Both the position numbers and the translations under genes were made by a program. DNA of 64,000 nucleotides from Mobula hypostoma (Eukaryota), in the NCBI RefSeq assembly GCF_963921235.1, contig NC_086097.1, positions 197,782,001 through 197,846,000 on the forward strand, given 5' to 3'. Under the pieces are notes generated by a model that worked only from the letters and a program-made list of their open reading frames with translations, did no database searches and was not told the DNA's origin. Positions within the stretch are counted from its first letter, which is position 1. Each line of letters opens with the position of its first letter. This document shows, piece after piece, positions 23,280-35,600 of the stretch.

Positions 23280-25055
23280 TGACTAATAGAGTATACCCTA
23301 TCTATAGTCTTCATAATTTTGTTTACATCTATCAAATCTCCCCTCAATCTTTTATGTTATAGACTCATAGAACACTAAAACATAGAAGCAGTCTCTTCGG
23401 ACATCTAGTTCATGCCAAACCATTAATCTGCCTAGTCCCATCGACCTGTGTCCATGCCCCACCCTTCCAGGTACATATACAAATTTCCCTTACATGTTGA
23501 AATTGACCCTGCATTCAGCTCGTTTCACACTCTTACTACCTCCGAGTGAAGAAGTACTCCCTCATCTTCCTTTTAACCATTTCATCTTTCACCCTTGACC
23601 CATAACCTTTAGTTCGAGTCTCATCTGACCTCAGTGGGGTAAAGCCTGCTTGAATTTACTGTATCTATACCCCTCATAATTTTGTATACCGCTTTCAAAT
23701 ATCCCTTCAATTTTCTACATTCTAAGGAATAAAGTCCTAGCATATTCAACCTTTCCCTATATCTCAGTTTGTCAAGAGCCAGCAACATCCTTGTAAATTC
23801 TCCCTGCGCTCTTTCATCTTATTTGCATGTTTCCTGTATGTAGATGACCAAAACTGTATATATTACTCCAACTTAGGTCTCACTAATGTCTTATGCAGTT
23901 TTAACATAACATGCCAAATTGTATTCATTGGTTTATGAAGGCCAGAGAGCCAGACGTTTTCTTTATGACCCTATCTACCTGTACCACTACTTTCCGGAAT
24001 TATGGCTCTATATTTCCAGAATCACTACATCCCCATTCCACAAATTTGCTGATCCAATTTACCATATTATTGTTCTGATTGTTGATGTAGATGACAAACA
24101 ACAATGTTTCCAGCTCCGATCCCTGGAGTACTCCGCTAGTCACAGGCCTCCAGTCAAATGGTTAACCATCTACAAGCACTCTCCGCCTTCTTCCATGAAG
24201 CCAATGTCTAATCCAATTTACTACTTCATCTTGAATGCTAAGCAACTAAACCTTCACCAACCTCCCATGCAGCACCTTGTCAAAGGCTTTGTAAATGTAC
24301 ATGTAAGACAACATCCATTGCCTTGCCTTCATGAACTTTACTGGTAACTACCTCAAAAAAACTCTACAAAATCGGTTACCATAATAAGTCCCTGTCTATT
24401 TAAGTATTTGTATATCTGGTCCTTTAGAGTACCTTCCATTAACTTTCTCACTGCTGATATAAGGCTCAGTGGTCTATAACTTTCTAGCTTATTCATTGTG
24501 CCTTTCTTAAACAATGGAACAACATTAGCTATCCTCCAATCCTCTCGCACCCCTCCCATGCCTAAGGATGTTTTACGTATCTCTGATAAGGCCTGTGCAA
24601 TTTCTGTACTAGCCTCTCACAGACCCGAGGGAACACATTATTAGGCCCTGGGGATTTATTCACCCTAACTTGTCTCAAGACAGCAAGCATCTCCTCCCTG
24701 TTAATCTTAATAGGGACCATGACCTTGCTTGCTGCAGTGCCTCATATCTATAGACTCTGGACTCTGTGTCCATCTCCTGAGTAAATCCAGATGCAAAAAA
24801 ATTATTTAAGGTATCCCCATTTCTTTCAGCTGTATGCATAGATGACCACTCTAAACTTCCAGAGGACCAATTTTTGTCCTTGCTATCCTTTTACTCTTAG
24901 TATATCTGTAGAAGCCCTTATGGTTTTCCTTCACTATGTCTGCAAGAACAACCTTGTGTATTCTTTTAGCCCTCCTGATTTCTTTCTTAAGTGTCCTCCT
25001 GCATTTCTTATACTCCTGGAATACCTAATTTGTTCCTTTCTGCCTATTCCTGCTA
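23280..25055 (-). mobile_element. CR1 ORF2/3' fragment, degenerate
   Basis: EDWRIANVVPLFKKG..YRPLSLISAVRKLMEG; CR1 3' end at ~23365. Confidence 0.85.
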
Positions 25056-25059
25056 TGCA

Positions 25060-25622
25060 CCTCTGGTGCTCCTGTATATCAGTGAGACCTGGCATAGATT
25101 AAGAGGCCACTTCGCCAGGCATCTACGCTCCATCCCAGTCCCATTCCAACATGTCAGTCCATGGCCTTCTCTACTGCTCTGATGAGGCCACACACAGGTT
25201 GGCGGAACAACACCTTATATTCCTTCTGGGTAGCCTCCAACCTGATGGCATGAACATTGATTTTTCGAACTTCCGGTAATTGCCTCCTTTCTCCTTCACC
25301 ATTCTCCATGCCTGTTTCTCTCTCTCACCTTCTTCCTTACCTGCCCATCAACCTTCCCCTGTCTGGTGCTCCTCCTCCTCCTTCCTTTTCTTCCGTGGTC
25401 TTTTACCCTGTCCTATCAGATTCCCCCTCGAGCCCTTTATTTCTTTACAAATCAACTTCCCAGCTTTTTACTTCACCCCTTTAACTTTCCCAGTCTCACC
25501 TATCACCTACCATGTTATACTCCTTCCTTCCCTTTCCATAGATGCTGCCTGGCCTGCCGAGTTCCTCCAGCATTTTGTGTATTTTGTTGGATTTCCAGCA
25601 TTTGCAGGTGTTCTTATGTTTA
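25060..25622 (+). mobile_element. PLE 3' fragment (GIY-YIG remnant), hammerhead segment deleted
   Basis: LLYISETWHRLRGHFARH; ends gatgctgcctggcctgccgagttcctccagcattttgtg. Confidence 0.8.
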
Positions 25623-25705
25623 TGACTGAAAATCTATTAGCTTTTACAAACTCGAATATGTTATCTCAGGATTCTTAGAAATTTCTCTCAAGCTGTTCTT
25701 ATTAA

Positions 25706-26445
25706 GTTCCGGTCAAGATGATGCTAAGTTGCGATGTCTGTCAAGGTTGTGGCTCAGACTTTTGTTGTATTTTTGTTTGTAGGACTTCGAGGCAAATCTG
25801 GGAGTTAGGGGACAAGTTAGGGTTTAAGGACAGGGACGAGAGCTGCTAGAAGTCAGGGGCAGTAGCTGATGGTGGGAGTCAGGTCAGAGCACTCCACTGT
25901 GGAAGGCCATTGATCTCCATGGAGGTATGTCAGGTCAGTAGACGCTGAGGATGACTGAAGTCAGCAAGTCCTATAGACAAGGCCTGGTGACCTCCTAGAT
26001 CGGTGAGTGTCCCCAGATCAGCAAGTTCTAGGATTGGAGATCTGTGCAAGATAAGAGATTAAGGTAACGATTTCAAACTCCTGTGATTGATGAGTCCTGG
26101 GTCAATACCAAAGGTTAAAGACTGAAGTTAGTATGTCTAGAAGTTGATGTCTGATGGTCAAAGCCATTGAGTCAGATGATCCCGAAGTTGGAGGCCCAAT
26201 GTCTGCAAGTCCAGGCCAGGGACTGAAGGTTGGAGAACCAGAGGTGGCCTGTCCTGGGATGTGGAGGTATGTCTGTATGTGTGAGTGGGTGAGTGGGTGG
26301 AAAGGAGCTTGTTCTGCTGTTGTTGTAGCTTGTGTTGTTCTGCTGAACATTGTAGCCATGCTATGTTGGTGCCAGAATGTGTGGTAACACTGGCAGCTTG
26401 CTCCCAGCACATCCTTAGGTTGTGTTAGTTATTAATGCAAACAAC
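25706..26445 (+). mobile_element. Probable second non-coding non-autonomous element
   Basis: Starts gttccggtcaagatgatg (decayed ETS+YY1 motif); G-rich body unlike its flanks; no recognisable ORF. Confidence 0.35.
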
Positions 26446-26631
26446 AGAAACAGCAAAGCTTTCTCCAAGTAATAAAAGCATTCCCATATCTCAGAATGAT
26501 GAATTGTCTAAAAATGTTTGGCATAATTACAATTCAGAAGAGCGAAATTGAAGCTGTGTTTCTGCTGATGGAATGTAAAAGCATAATACAGTATGTAATT
26601 TGCAAACCCGAAGGGAAATTTTGTTTTCTGA

Positions 26632-26785
26632 TCAACACACACAAAATGCTGGAGGAACTTAGCATGTCAGGCACCATTCATGGAGAGGAACAAATGTTTT
26701 TTTGGGACGTGACCCTTCATCAGGACTGCAAAGGGCCAAGCAGCCAGAATAATAAGGTGGAGGAGGGCAATGAGTACAACCGTTG
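26632..26785 (-). mobile_element. Short PLE 3' end copy, degenerate hammerhead
   Basis: caacacacacaaaatgctggaggaact..gacccttcatcaggactg. Confidence 0.7.
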
Positions 26786-27917
26786 AGTACATCTTTTATT
26801 TCTACTCAACTGCCATTAGCGTTATAAGCTGTTCAAAAATAGTTGAGTTAGTACAAGGGAGTAAAACTTTGAAATTAAAATAACCCTGCTGCACATTGAA
26901 ATTGAAATATAACTCCATACTAAACTCAATTCCTAGAGCACGAAGCAAATAAAATACACCAATTGAAGAATGGACATGAAATTAGGTAGGGAGAGTTAGA
27001 AAGGATGACCAAAGACTGGTTGGAATGATTTTGAGAAAGGTTTTAAAGATAGAGGAACAGACATTCTGCTGAAGAACTTGGTGAGATGAGCAGCACTTGT
27101 GGCAGGGAGGGTGCAGGGGTGTTGTTGTTGTGGCATGAAATTGTTTATGTTTTGCATTTAAATCCTGCATTAGTCCTGCATGTTGCCTTAATGCAGTGTT
27201 TCAAACCAGAACTTTGACAGACTGCTGACCTCCCACAGATGTTGCTGAGTTCCTCCATCAGATCGTTTGTTGCTCCAACTGCAACATCTGCAGTCTTGTA
27301 TTTCCAGGATTTTAAGGATGGTTTTTAGGAGCGACTTCAGTTGACTCAAAAATTAGGAAGCCCAGACACCCTTTTGCAAATCCCAACATATATTTTGGCT
27401 TTCAGTGAACTATGAGTAGCAGCATATGAACAGTGTGGGGGGGGAGGGGTGGAGAGTGTTGTTAGGAGGAATGTATCAGTCCTGTCAGTGGTCAGGAAAT
27501 AGAAAAGTATACAATTATATTCCTCAAGCAAGAGGAAAATGGCCAACAGTTTTTACTGTGCAGGATTTGTTCATGAAATCTGAGTCTGACAGCTGTTTTT
27601 TGGTAATGCTGTTGCCAGTGTAAACTGCATTAAATGGTTAGAGTCAAAATGCCTCTGAAGTTGCTGGATGTAATGATAGTTCATTGATTATTTGATGTGA
27701 TAAAAAAGATTGTGTCAGAAAAGTAGAGGTGAGTTTGTGTTTAGGTTCTCTGCCTCAGCCGTTCAAGTGGTCACTGAGATGGCCTCCTGCTGAGTGAGCA
27801 CTTGCACATTCATTGCAATTATTTCATGACTTGTCCAAGGTAAACCTTAGACGATGAGCTGAAGTATTCATGTTACTCTCGTTTTAGGTTTTTCTGTTCC
27901 TGAGAGGGTCTGATTAA

Positions 27918-28720
27918 CCTCCCCCACTCTTCCCCTCCTGCCTCCCACACTCTTCCCCTCCTGCCTCCCACACTCTTCCCCTCCTGCCTCCCCCATCCTT
28001 TCCCCTCCTACCTCCCTTTCTTCTTCCTCTGCTGCCTCCATCCCCTTCCTTCCCATTCTGCTTCCTCCCCTTTCACGTTCTGCCTCCCCTCTCCTTTCCC
28101 CTGCCACCCCCAACTTTTCCCTTCCAGCCTCCCTTTGCTCTTCCCCTCCTGCCTCCCTTTGCTCTTCCCCTCCTGCCTCCCTTCTTCACCTCCTGCCTCC
28201 ATCCTCTCTTCCCCTCCCTGCTTCTCTCCAATATTTCCCTCCTGCCTCCCTTAACCTTTTTTCCACTCCTGCCTCCCCCCACTTTTCTCCTCCTGCCCCC
28301 CACTCTTTCCCTCCAGCCTCTTTCCTCTTTTCTTCCAGCCTCCCTTTCATCTTCCCCTCCTGCCTCCCTTTCCTGTTCTTCTGCTGCCTCCATCCCCTTC
28401 TTTCCCCTCCTGCTTCCTCCCTTTCCCCTCCTACCTCCACTTCCCCTTGGATTTCCTCTTGCCTCTCTCCCCTCCCCTTTCCTTTCCTGCCTCCCCTCCC
28501 CTTTCCTACCTCCCCTCCCCTTTCCTACCTCCCTACTCTTTCCCTTCCTGCCTCCCCTCCCCTTCCCCTCTTGCCTCCTTTCCCCTTCTTTCCCTTCCTA
28601 CTTCCCTCCCTTCTTTCCCCTCCTATCTCCTCCACTCTTTTCCCTCCTGCCTCCCTTCCCTCTTTCCCCTCCTGCCTCCCTCCCCTCTTTCTCCTCCTGC
28701 ATCCCTCCCCTCTTTCTCTC
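27918..28720 (+). repeat. Polypyrimidine/polypurine minisatellite built on TTCCCCTCCTGCCTCCC
   Basis: ~800 bp of mostly C/T on plus; ~23-bp units repeated near-perfectly at 27919-27990, degenerating downstream. Confidence 0.9.
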
Positions 28721-31700
28721 TAACTGGCTATTATAAATTGCTCCTCAAATCAGTGTGTGGAAGGGGATGGGGGAAATGAAGTTATTTAGTGGGAATGTGA
28801 AAAGAAAAATGGGATTAATTTAGATGCGAGCCGAGGACTGTTATGACTAATATAAGTAGTTTTGGGAAAAATCACAAGAATGGAAGCAATGATTTGTTCC
28901 AATCTATTGACTGAAATGATCAGAAATAGATATTGAAAAATGAATTGGTCAAGGGTAGTATTTGAGGAGGCGAATAATAACTTTTTGACAATGGCAAAGT
29001 AGTTCCAAAACAAAGGCTGGAGAAAAAAATAATGTTCAAAGAAGTTGCTGTGTCAGAAATGAAAGTTTACACTTCAGACTAACGGTAGGAAAAGACCCAG
29101 CAGTGGAAGATTTCACAAATAGGAAATTAGTTGGCAATCTGTTCTAGCTTTAAGGTGTCCGTGATTTTTTTCCTTTGTCTGCAAAATGAAAAGGGATTGA
29201 TTCAGCATGCTATTAGTTCATAATATATTAATAACTTTAATGTGCTGAATTGCTGCAGGTTTGTTTCATGATATTTATAGCAGAGAATGGAAATTTATTC
29301 TTCTGAATAAAATGTAGTAGTTTTCTTCTAAATCACAGAAATATTATGCACATACAAAATATTTTTTCTCCTTTCCTGAGTCTAATATGGATTACTGATC
29401 TTTTCTTTCTCTTCTTTGCTGATTTGAACAATTGTTTTCCTTGAGTAGCTTTCAGTCACATGAGCTGTCATCTGAAATCATTCTCTATTTTCCATACAAA
29501 GGGACAAATCAATTTTCTATTTATAACATTATCTCAGACAGTTGTTGCTGAGACTGGTCTCTGCTGCACACCACAGCAATGCAATTGGTGCCAATTCAGC
29601 CCTGAAGGATTCATTCTATTTGCGCATTTTGCATGGTACAACGTGTTTCTTCTAGTTTGGCTTTCTTGTTCGACCCACAGTTATCATTCTTAAAAGGCTT
29701 ATTTGGTAAATTGTTTTTAAACAGGTGTAGCTTCAGTGAATTGCTCAGTCACTGCTGAAAGACACTAGTGTACAATGTGTGAGATGCTAAATATGGAAAT
29801 AAGAAGGTAGGTGCTCATCAGTGATGCAGTCCTTGCAATGCTTACTTTCAAAAGGTTTTAATAAGGCACAGTTATTTGAATTAGAATTCGCCACTTAAAG
29901 CTGCTGAACAACGTGTTTAAATAGAATATTTATACTTGACAGCAAATTGTTGCAATGTGGTTATGTACTCATGTAGCATATTTATCATTAACTCATAAAA
30001 TACACTTACAATAATATATAGCATTTAATTTTGCAGCTACATTGCATGCCTTTTATATTTAATGAGCTGATCTTCATTTTGTCTACCTCGACATGTTTTA
30101 TGGTTTAAATTACTGTCTTTCTGTGGTTGTGTCTTCATCTTTGTTATCTAGCTTCACTTTCTGATGCTTTTAACTCCAATTTTGATTTTTCCTCTCTTTC
30201 ATGCTAAGCAGAACATGTACTATACATAGGGAAATGCTGTTGAGTAAGGCTGTCTTACACTCCACTGCTTGACAACATAGAAACTTGCACAGATTATTAG
30301 GAAGCCTAGAACTGGAGCAGGCCATTCAGTCCATAGAGCCTGGGTTTTTCTGCATGTATGCATGTAAGTGGCTGAAAGGTTACTGAAGCCCATTTACTCG
30401 CCATACTTCATTACCTATTGACACACTTATAGAAGGGGGAGTGGGGAATCATCCTTTTTAGTCTCAACCACCATGAACAGCCTTAAAAGGAAGTGATTTT
30501 AAAATTTACTGCGCTCAGTGTAAAAATACTTTAGTAACTTAATTCCTAGTCCTGAACTCAATAATCAGCTCTTTTGTTATGCTGACATTGAGGGAATGGT
30601 TGTTATCTTAATTCCACACCCCTGGAGTCTCTCCATCATGCACTCCATCTTATTATTGTTTAAGATCCAGCCTACCACTGTGGTGTCTTCTTCCGACTTG
30701 TAAATGGAGTCAGTGTGGGATTTGGTCGCACTGTCATAAATTAATTAATTTAGAGTTTTACATGTTTTATTCTTATTGTTTTTATAATTTGAAGTTATAT
30801 GCCTATGCTATCTTAGTCTAAGTTGGAAGATAAGGTAATCAGGTGTGATAGTATGATGGTGACTAGCTGCCATCGAAGCAAGGGATGGCATTGAGGTGAT
30901 GGTTGTGGAGGTAAATTTTGATAAGTGAAAAAAATTAACCAGTTACAAAATATATTGCTTAATTTGAAGTTCATAATCTTCGCATTAAGTATAATGATTC
31001 TGTAGCTGGATACCTTCCCCTAGATTATTAACATTATGAGAATGTATTTCAGCATATAAAGTGAGCATTAGCAATTGCATGGCTGGCATGTGGCCAGTGT
31101 AATCACTGGCATAGAAAACTTAACAAACAAAGTACAGACAGTGTAAATGATATGCTATTGCAGTATTGTTTGTATCACAAACATGAATTAAACAGAACAG
31201 AATATTAAAGTGACATTTCTCTCAAATGCAAGCTCACTTCAGAAAAGAATGTATTTGAACTGATATTTCACATCTATTGGTTTACCTGTGGTGTGATGGT
31301 TGCACTTACTGTTAAGTGGATGCCCACCTAGAATGCCCATTTTAAATAAAGTGCTGTTATTTCCCCCTGTAATGGTAGGATGAGCCCATAATTTATTTCC
31401 TTCATGCTACTTGATTGCGTTGATCCTATCATGCTAACATTATAAGGGGAAAACATTGTTAAATCAATGGAGTGAATATCTATGAAACAATTGCTGCATC
31501 CACTATTTAAATGTCATGTAAAGCTATACAATGAGGACACATCACAAAAAAACAGGGTGTCATTGACAAAACATAGCGTGGGTTACTTTGAAAGAGTAAA
31601 GAAGATTGAAGTATTGAATGGTGTTTAATTGACACTGAACACAAAACTAGCCAATTGCAGTGCAGAATGGAGGAGGCTTTGCAGCCTTAGGACTGCCTTG

Positions 31701-32619
31701 ATTTTAATGTGTTCTTTGAAGTTTCTTTCAATATTTAGGAAATAGTGTTCTTAAAATACAACACACATTTTTGATTGTTCCATTGTATTTCATCTTATAG
31801 AAAAGATTTCGTGTCATAAAAGCAGACCTGTTATTCTTGACAAACCTCCATTTTCTATTGGAAAGGGTCTGTCTCAGCTTACTGTTTAATATATGTACAA
31901 TATACACAACAAGGATTCTGATTAACATTTGCTCTATTTTACAACCTGAAGGAACAGGGATATGCCCAGGATTACTCTTGACTAGTTTCTCAAAATATAT
32001 TGTATGTTTCTGAGCAGTTTGTTTATATTTGGAAGAGGCTGTTCCTTTAAAAATCTGATTAATTAAATTACATGCAAGACAATTCTTTTCACAACGGAAG
32101 GCTATTAAATGGAATGAATCAATCTTGTGTTTCACCTCTAGGGTTTTGTCTCAAATGTATTAGGAATAAAACCCACTGTAACACTGTGGAGTCCAAGGAG
32201 ATGAGGCTGTGTGGGACAACACCACAGATTAATACAGAGAAAAGACTCTGGTGTATTTTCTAGGGAATGTGATTGTTGGCACAGTATAAAACAGCTGCTG
32301 AAAGACTTTGATACATTAACTGAAACTCTGCTGCAGGCAATATTTCAAGAGGCTCTTTGAACTATCCTGAGGGTTTCACAAAAATGATTTATTTGTTTAT
32401 TTACAGTTTTAAATTAAGGCTAGACTGATTTTTCTGTCCCTTCATTTAAATTATGTTGAATCATCCCCAGAGATCTGAGGTAAGCTTGATAAGCGATGGT
32501 CTTCGTTGAAGTTGGGTACAGCTGGTCGTTTTAGAAAACGGTTTCCTGATTTACCATTGATTTTAGTAAAGGTGTAAAGAAAGAGAAAGATTATCTTTAA
32601 TGGTCACATGTACATTGAA

Positions 32620-35600
32620 ACATACAGTGGGATGCAGGGATCTCTGCTGGGTCTGTTGTCATTCGTCATCTCTGTCAACAATCTGGATGATAACGTGGTT
32701 AACTGGATCAGCCAATTTGTGGATGACACCGAGGAGGAGTGGACAGCGAGGATGGCTATCAAACCTTGCAAAGGGATCTGGACCACCTGCTGAAATGGGC
32801 TGAAAAATGGCAGATAGAATTTAATGCAGAGAAGTGTGAGGTGTTACTCTTTGGGAGGACAAACCAGGGCAGGACTTGCACAGGGAGCAGTAGGGCACTG
32901 AGGAGTGCAGCACAACAAAGGGACCTGTGAGTACAGATCTAAAAATCCTTGAAAGTGGTGTCACAGGTAGATAAAATCATAAAGAGAGATTTTGGCACAT
33001 TGGCTAATATAAATCGAAGTATTGAGTACAGGGTTATGATGTTATGTCGATGTTGTTTAAGGCATTGATAAGACCAAATTTGCAGTATTGTGTGCAGTGC
33101 TGAGCAGCTACTATAAAATTGAAAGAGTACAGAGAAAATTTACAAGGATGTCACTGGGACTCATGGACCTGAGTTATTTGGAAAGGTTGACCAGGTTAGA
33201 ACTTTATTCCATAAAACCATAAGACATAGGAGCAGAATTAGGCCATTTGGCCAATTGAGTCTGCTCCACCATTCAATGATGGCTTTTTTCCCCTCCCCAG
33301 CCTTCTCCCCATAACCTTTGATGCTGTGTCCAATCAAGAACCAATCAAGCTCTGCCTTAAATACACCCAATGACCTGGCCTCCACTGCTGCCTGTGGTAA
33401 CTAATTCCATAAATTCACCACTCGCTGTCAAAATAAAATTCTCTGCATCTTTGGTTTGAAATGGATGACCCTCTATCCTGAAACTGTGCCCTCTTGTTCT
33501 GGGCTCCTCCACCACGAGAAATATCCTTTCCACATCTTCTCTGCCTAGGCCTTTTAATACTTGAAAGTTTTCAATGAGTTCCCCGCCATCCTTCGAAATT
33601 CCAGCGAGTACAGACCCAGAGCCATTAAACGTTCCTCATATGATAACCCTTTCATTCCCAGGATCATCCTTGTGAATCGCCTCTGGGCCTCTCCAATACC
33701 AGCACAACTCTTCTGAGATGAGGAGCTCAAAACTGTTCACAATACTCAAGGTGAGGCCTCATGAATACCTTATAAATCCTCAGCATCACATCCCTGCTCT
33801 AGTATTCTAGACCTCTTGAAATGAATTTGCCTTCCTCGCCACTGACTCAACCTGCAAGTTAACCTTTAGAAAGTTCTGCACAAGGACTCCCAAGTCATTT
33901 ACACCTCAGGTTTTTGGATTTTCTCCCCATTCAGAAAATAGTCAGCACATTTATTTCTGCTATCAAAGTACATGACCAAGCATTTTCCAACATTGTATTT
34001 TATTTGCCACTTTCTTCCCAGTCTCCTAATCAGTCTAAATCTTTCTGCATCCTACCCATTTCCTCAACACTACCTGTCCCTCGACCAATCTTCGTATCAT
34101 CTGCAAACTTGGCAGCAAAGCCAACTATTCCATCATCTAAATCATTGATATACAACATAAAAAGAAGTGGTCCCAGCCTTGACCCCTGCAGAACACCACT
34201 AGTCACTGGCAGCCAACCAGACAAGGATCCTTGTATTCCCACTCATTGCCTCCTACCAAACAGCCAATGCTAGTTGCTAGCATTGCTAACCAATGCTACC
34301 AATATTAGTAACTTTCCTGTAATACCATAGGCTCTTAACTTGGTAAGCAGCCTCTCCTGTGGCACCTTGTCTGAAAGTCCAAATATACAACATACACTGC
34401 ATCCCCTTTATCTATCCTACTTGTAATCTCCTCAAAGATTTCCATCAGATGCATCAGGCAGGATTTTCCCTGAAGGAAACCATGTTGACTTTGTCCTGTC
34501 TTGTCTTGTGTCACCATGTACTCCTTAACAATTGACTCCAATATCTTCCCAGCCACTGAGGTCAGGCTAACTGGTCTTTAATTCCCTTTCTGCTGCCTTT
34601 CTCCTTTCTTGTAGAGTGAAGTAACACTTGCAATTTTCCAGTCCTTTGACACCATGCCAGGGTCCAATGATTTTTGAAAGATCATCCTAATGCCACCACA
34701 ATCTCTAATGCTACCTCTTTCAGAATCCTTGGGTGCAGTTCATCTGGTCCAGTGACCTATATACCCTTAGGTCTTTCAGCTACTTGTGTCCCCTTCTCCC
34801 TTGCAATAGTAACTGCACTCACTTCTCTTCCTTCATGCACTATAATATCTGGCAAACTGCTCGTGTCTTCCACAGTGAAGACTAAATGCAAAATACTCGT
34901 TTAGTTCATCTGCCATTTCCTTGTCTCCTGTTATTATTTCTCCTGCCTCATTTTCCAGCAATCCTATATCCACTCGTATCTTTCTTTTATTTTTTACATA
35001 CTTGAAAAAGCTTTTACTACCACTTTGATATTGTTTGCTCGCGTGCTTTCATATTTCATCTTGTCCTTTCTAATGCTCCTTTTAGCTGTTCAGTGTAGGT
35101 TTTTAAAAGCTTCCCAATCCTCTATCTTCCCACTAATTTTTGCTTTGTTGTATGCCCTCTCTTTTGTTTTTACATTAGCTTTGGCTTCCCTTGTTAGCCA
35201 TGGTTGTACCATTTTGCTATTTGAGTATTTCTTCATTTTTGGAATACATCTGCCCTGCACCTTCCTCATTTTTCCCAGAAACTCATGCCATTGCTACTCT
35301 GCTGTCATTCCTGCCAGCAGCTCCTTTCAATTCACTTTAGCTATCTCCTCTCTCATACCACCATGATTTGCTTTACTCCATTGAAAGAACTGCTATGTTA
35401 GACTTTACTTTCTCCCTATCAGATTTCAAGTGGAACTCAATCATATTGTGATCACTGGCTCCTAAGGTTTCTTTTACCTTAAACTCCTAATCACCTCCGG
35501 TTCATTACACAACACCCAATCCAGTACAGCTGATCCCTTAGTAGGCTCAACAACAAACTGTTCTAAAAAGCCATCTCCTAGGCGTTCAACAAACTCACCC

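Noticed and set aside
27868..28779. Gly/Glu/Arg-rich and Pro/Ser-rich ORFs
   Set aside because: Translations of the C/T minisatellite, open in many frames because the tract lacks stop codons
31728..32135. 135-aa ORF in unique AT-rich DNA and similar short ORFs
   Set aside because: No recognisable domain or coding-like composition; expected by chance
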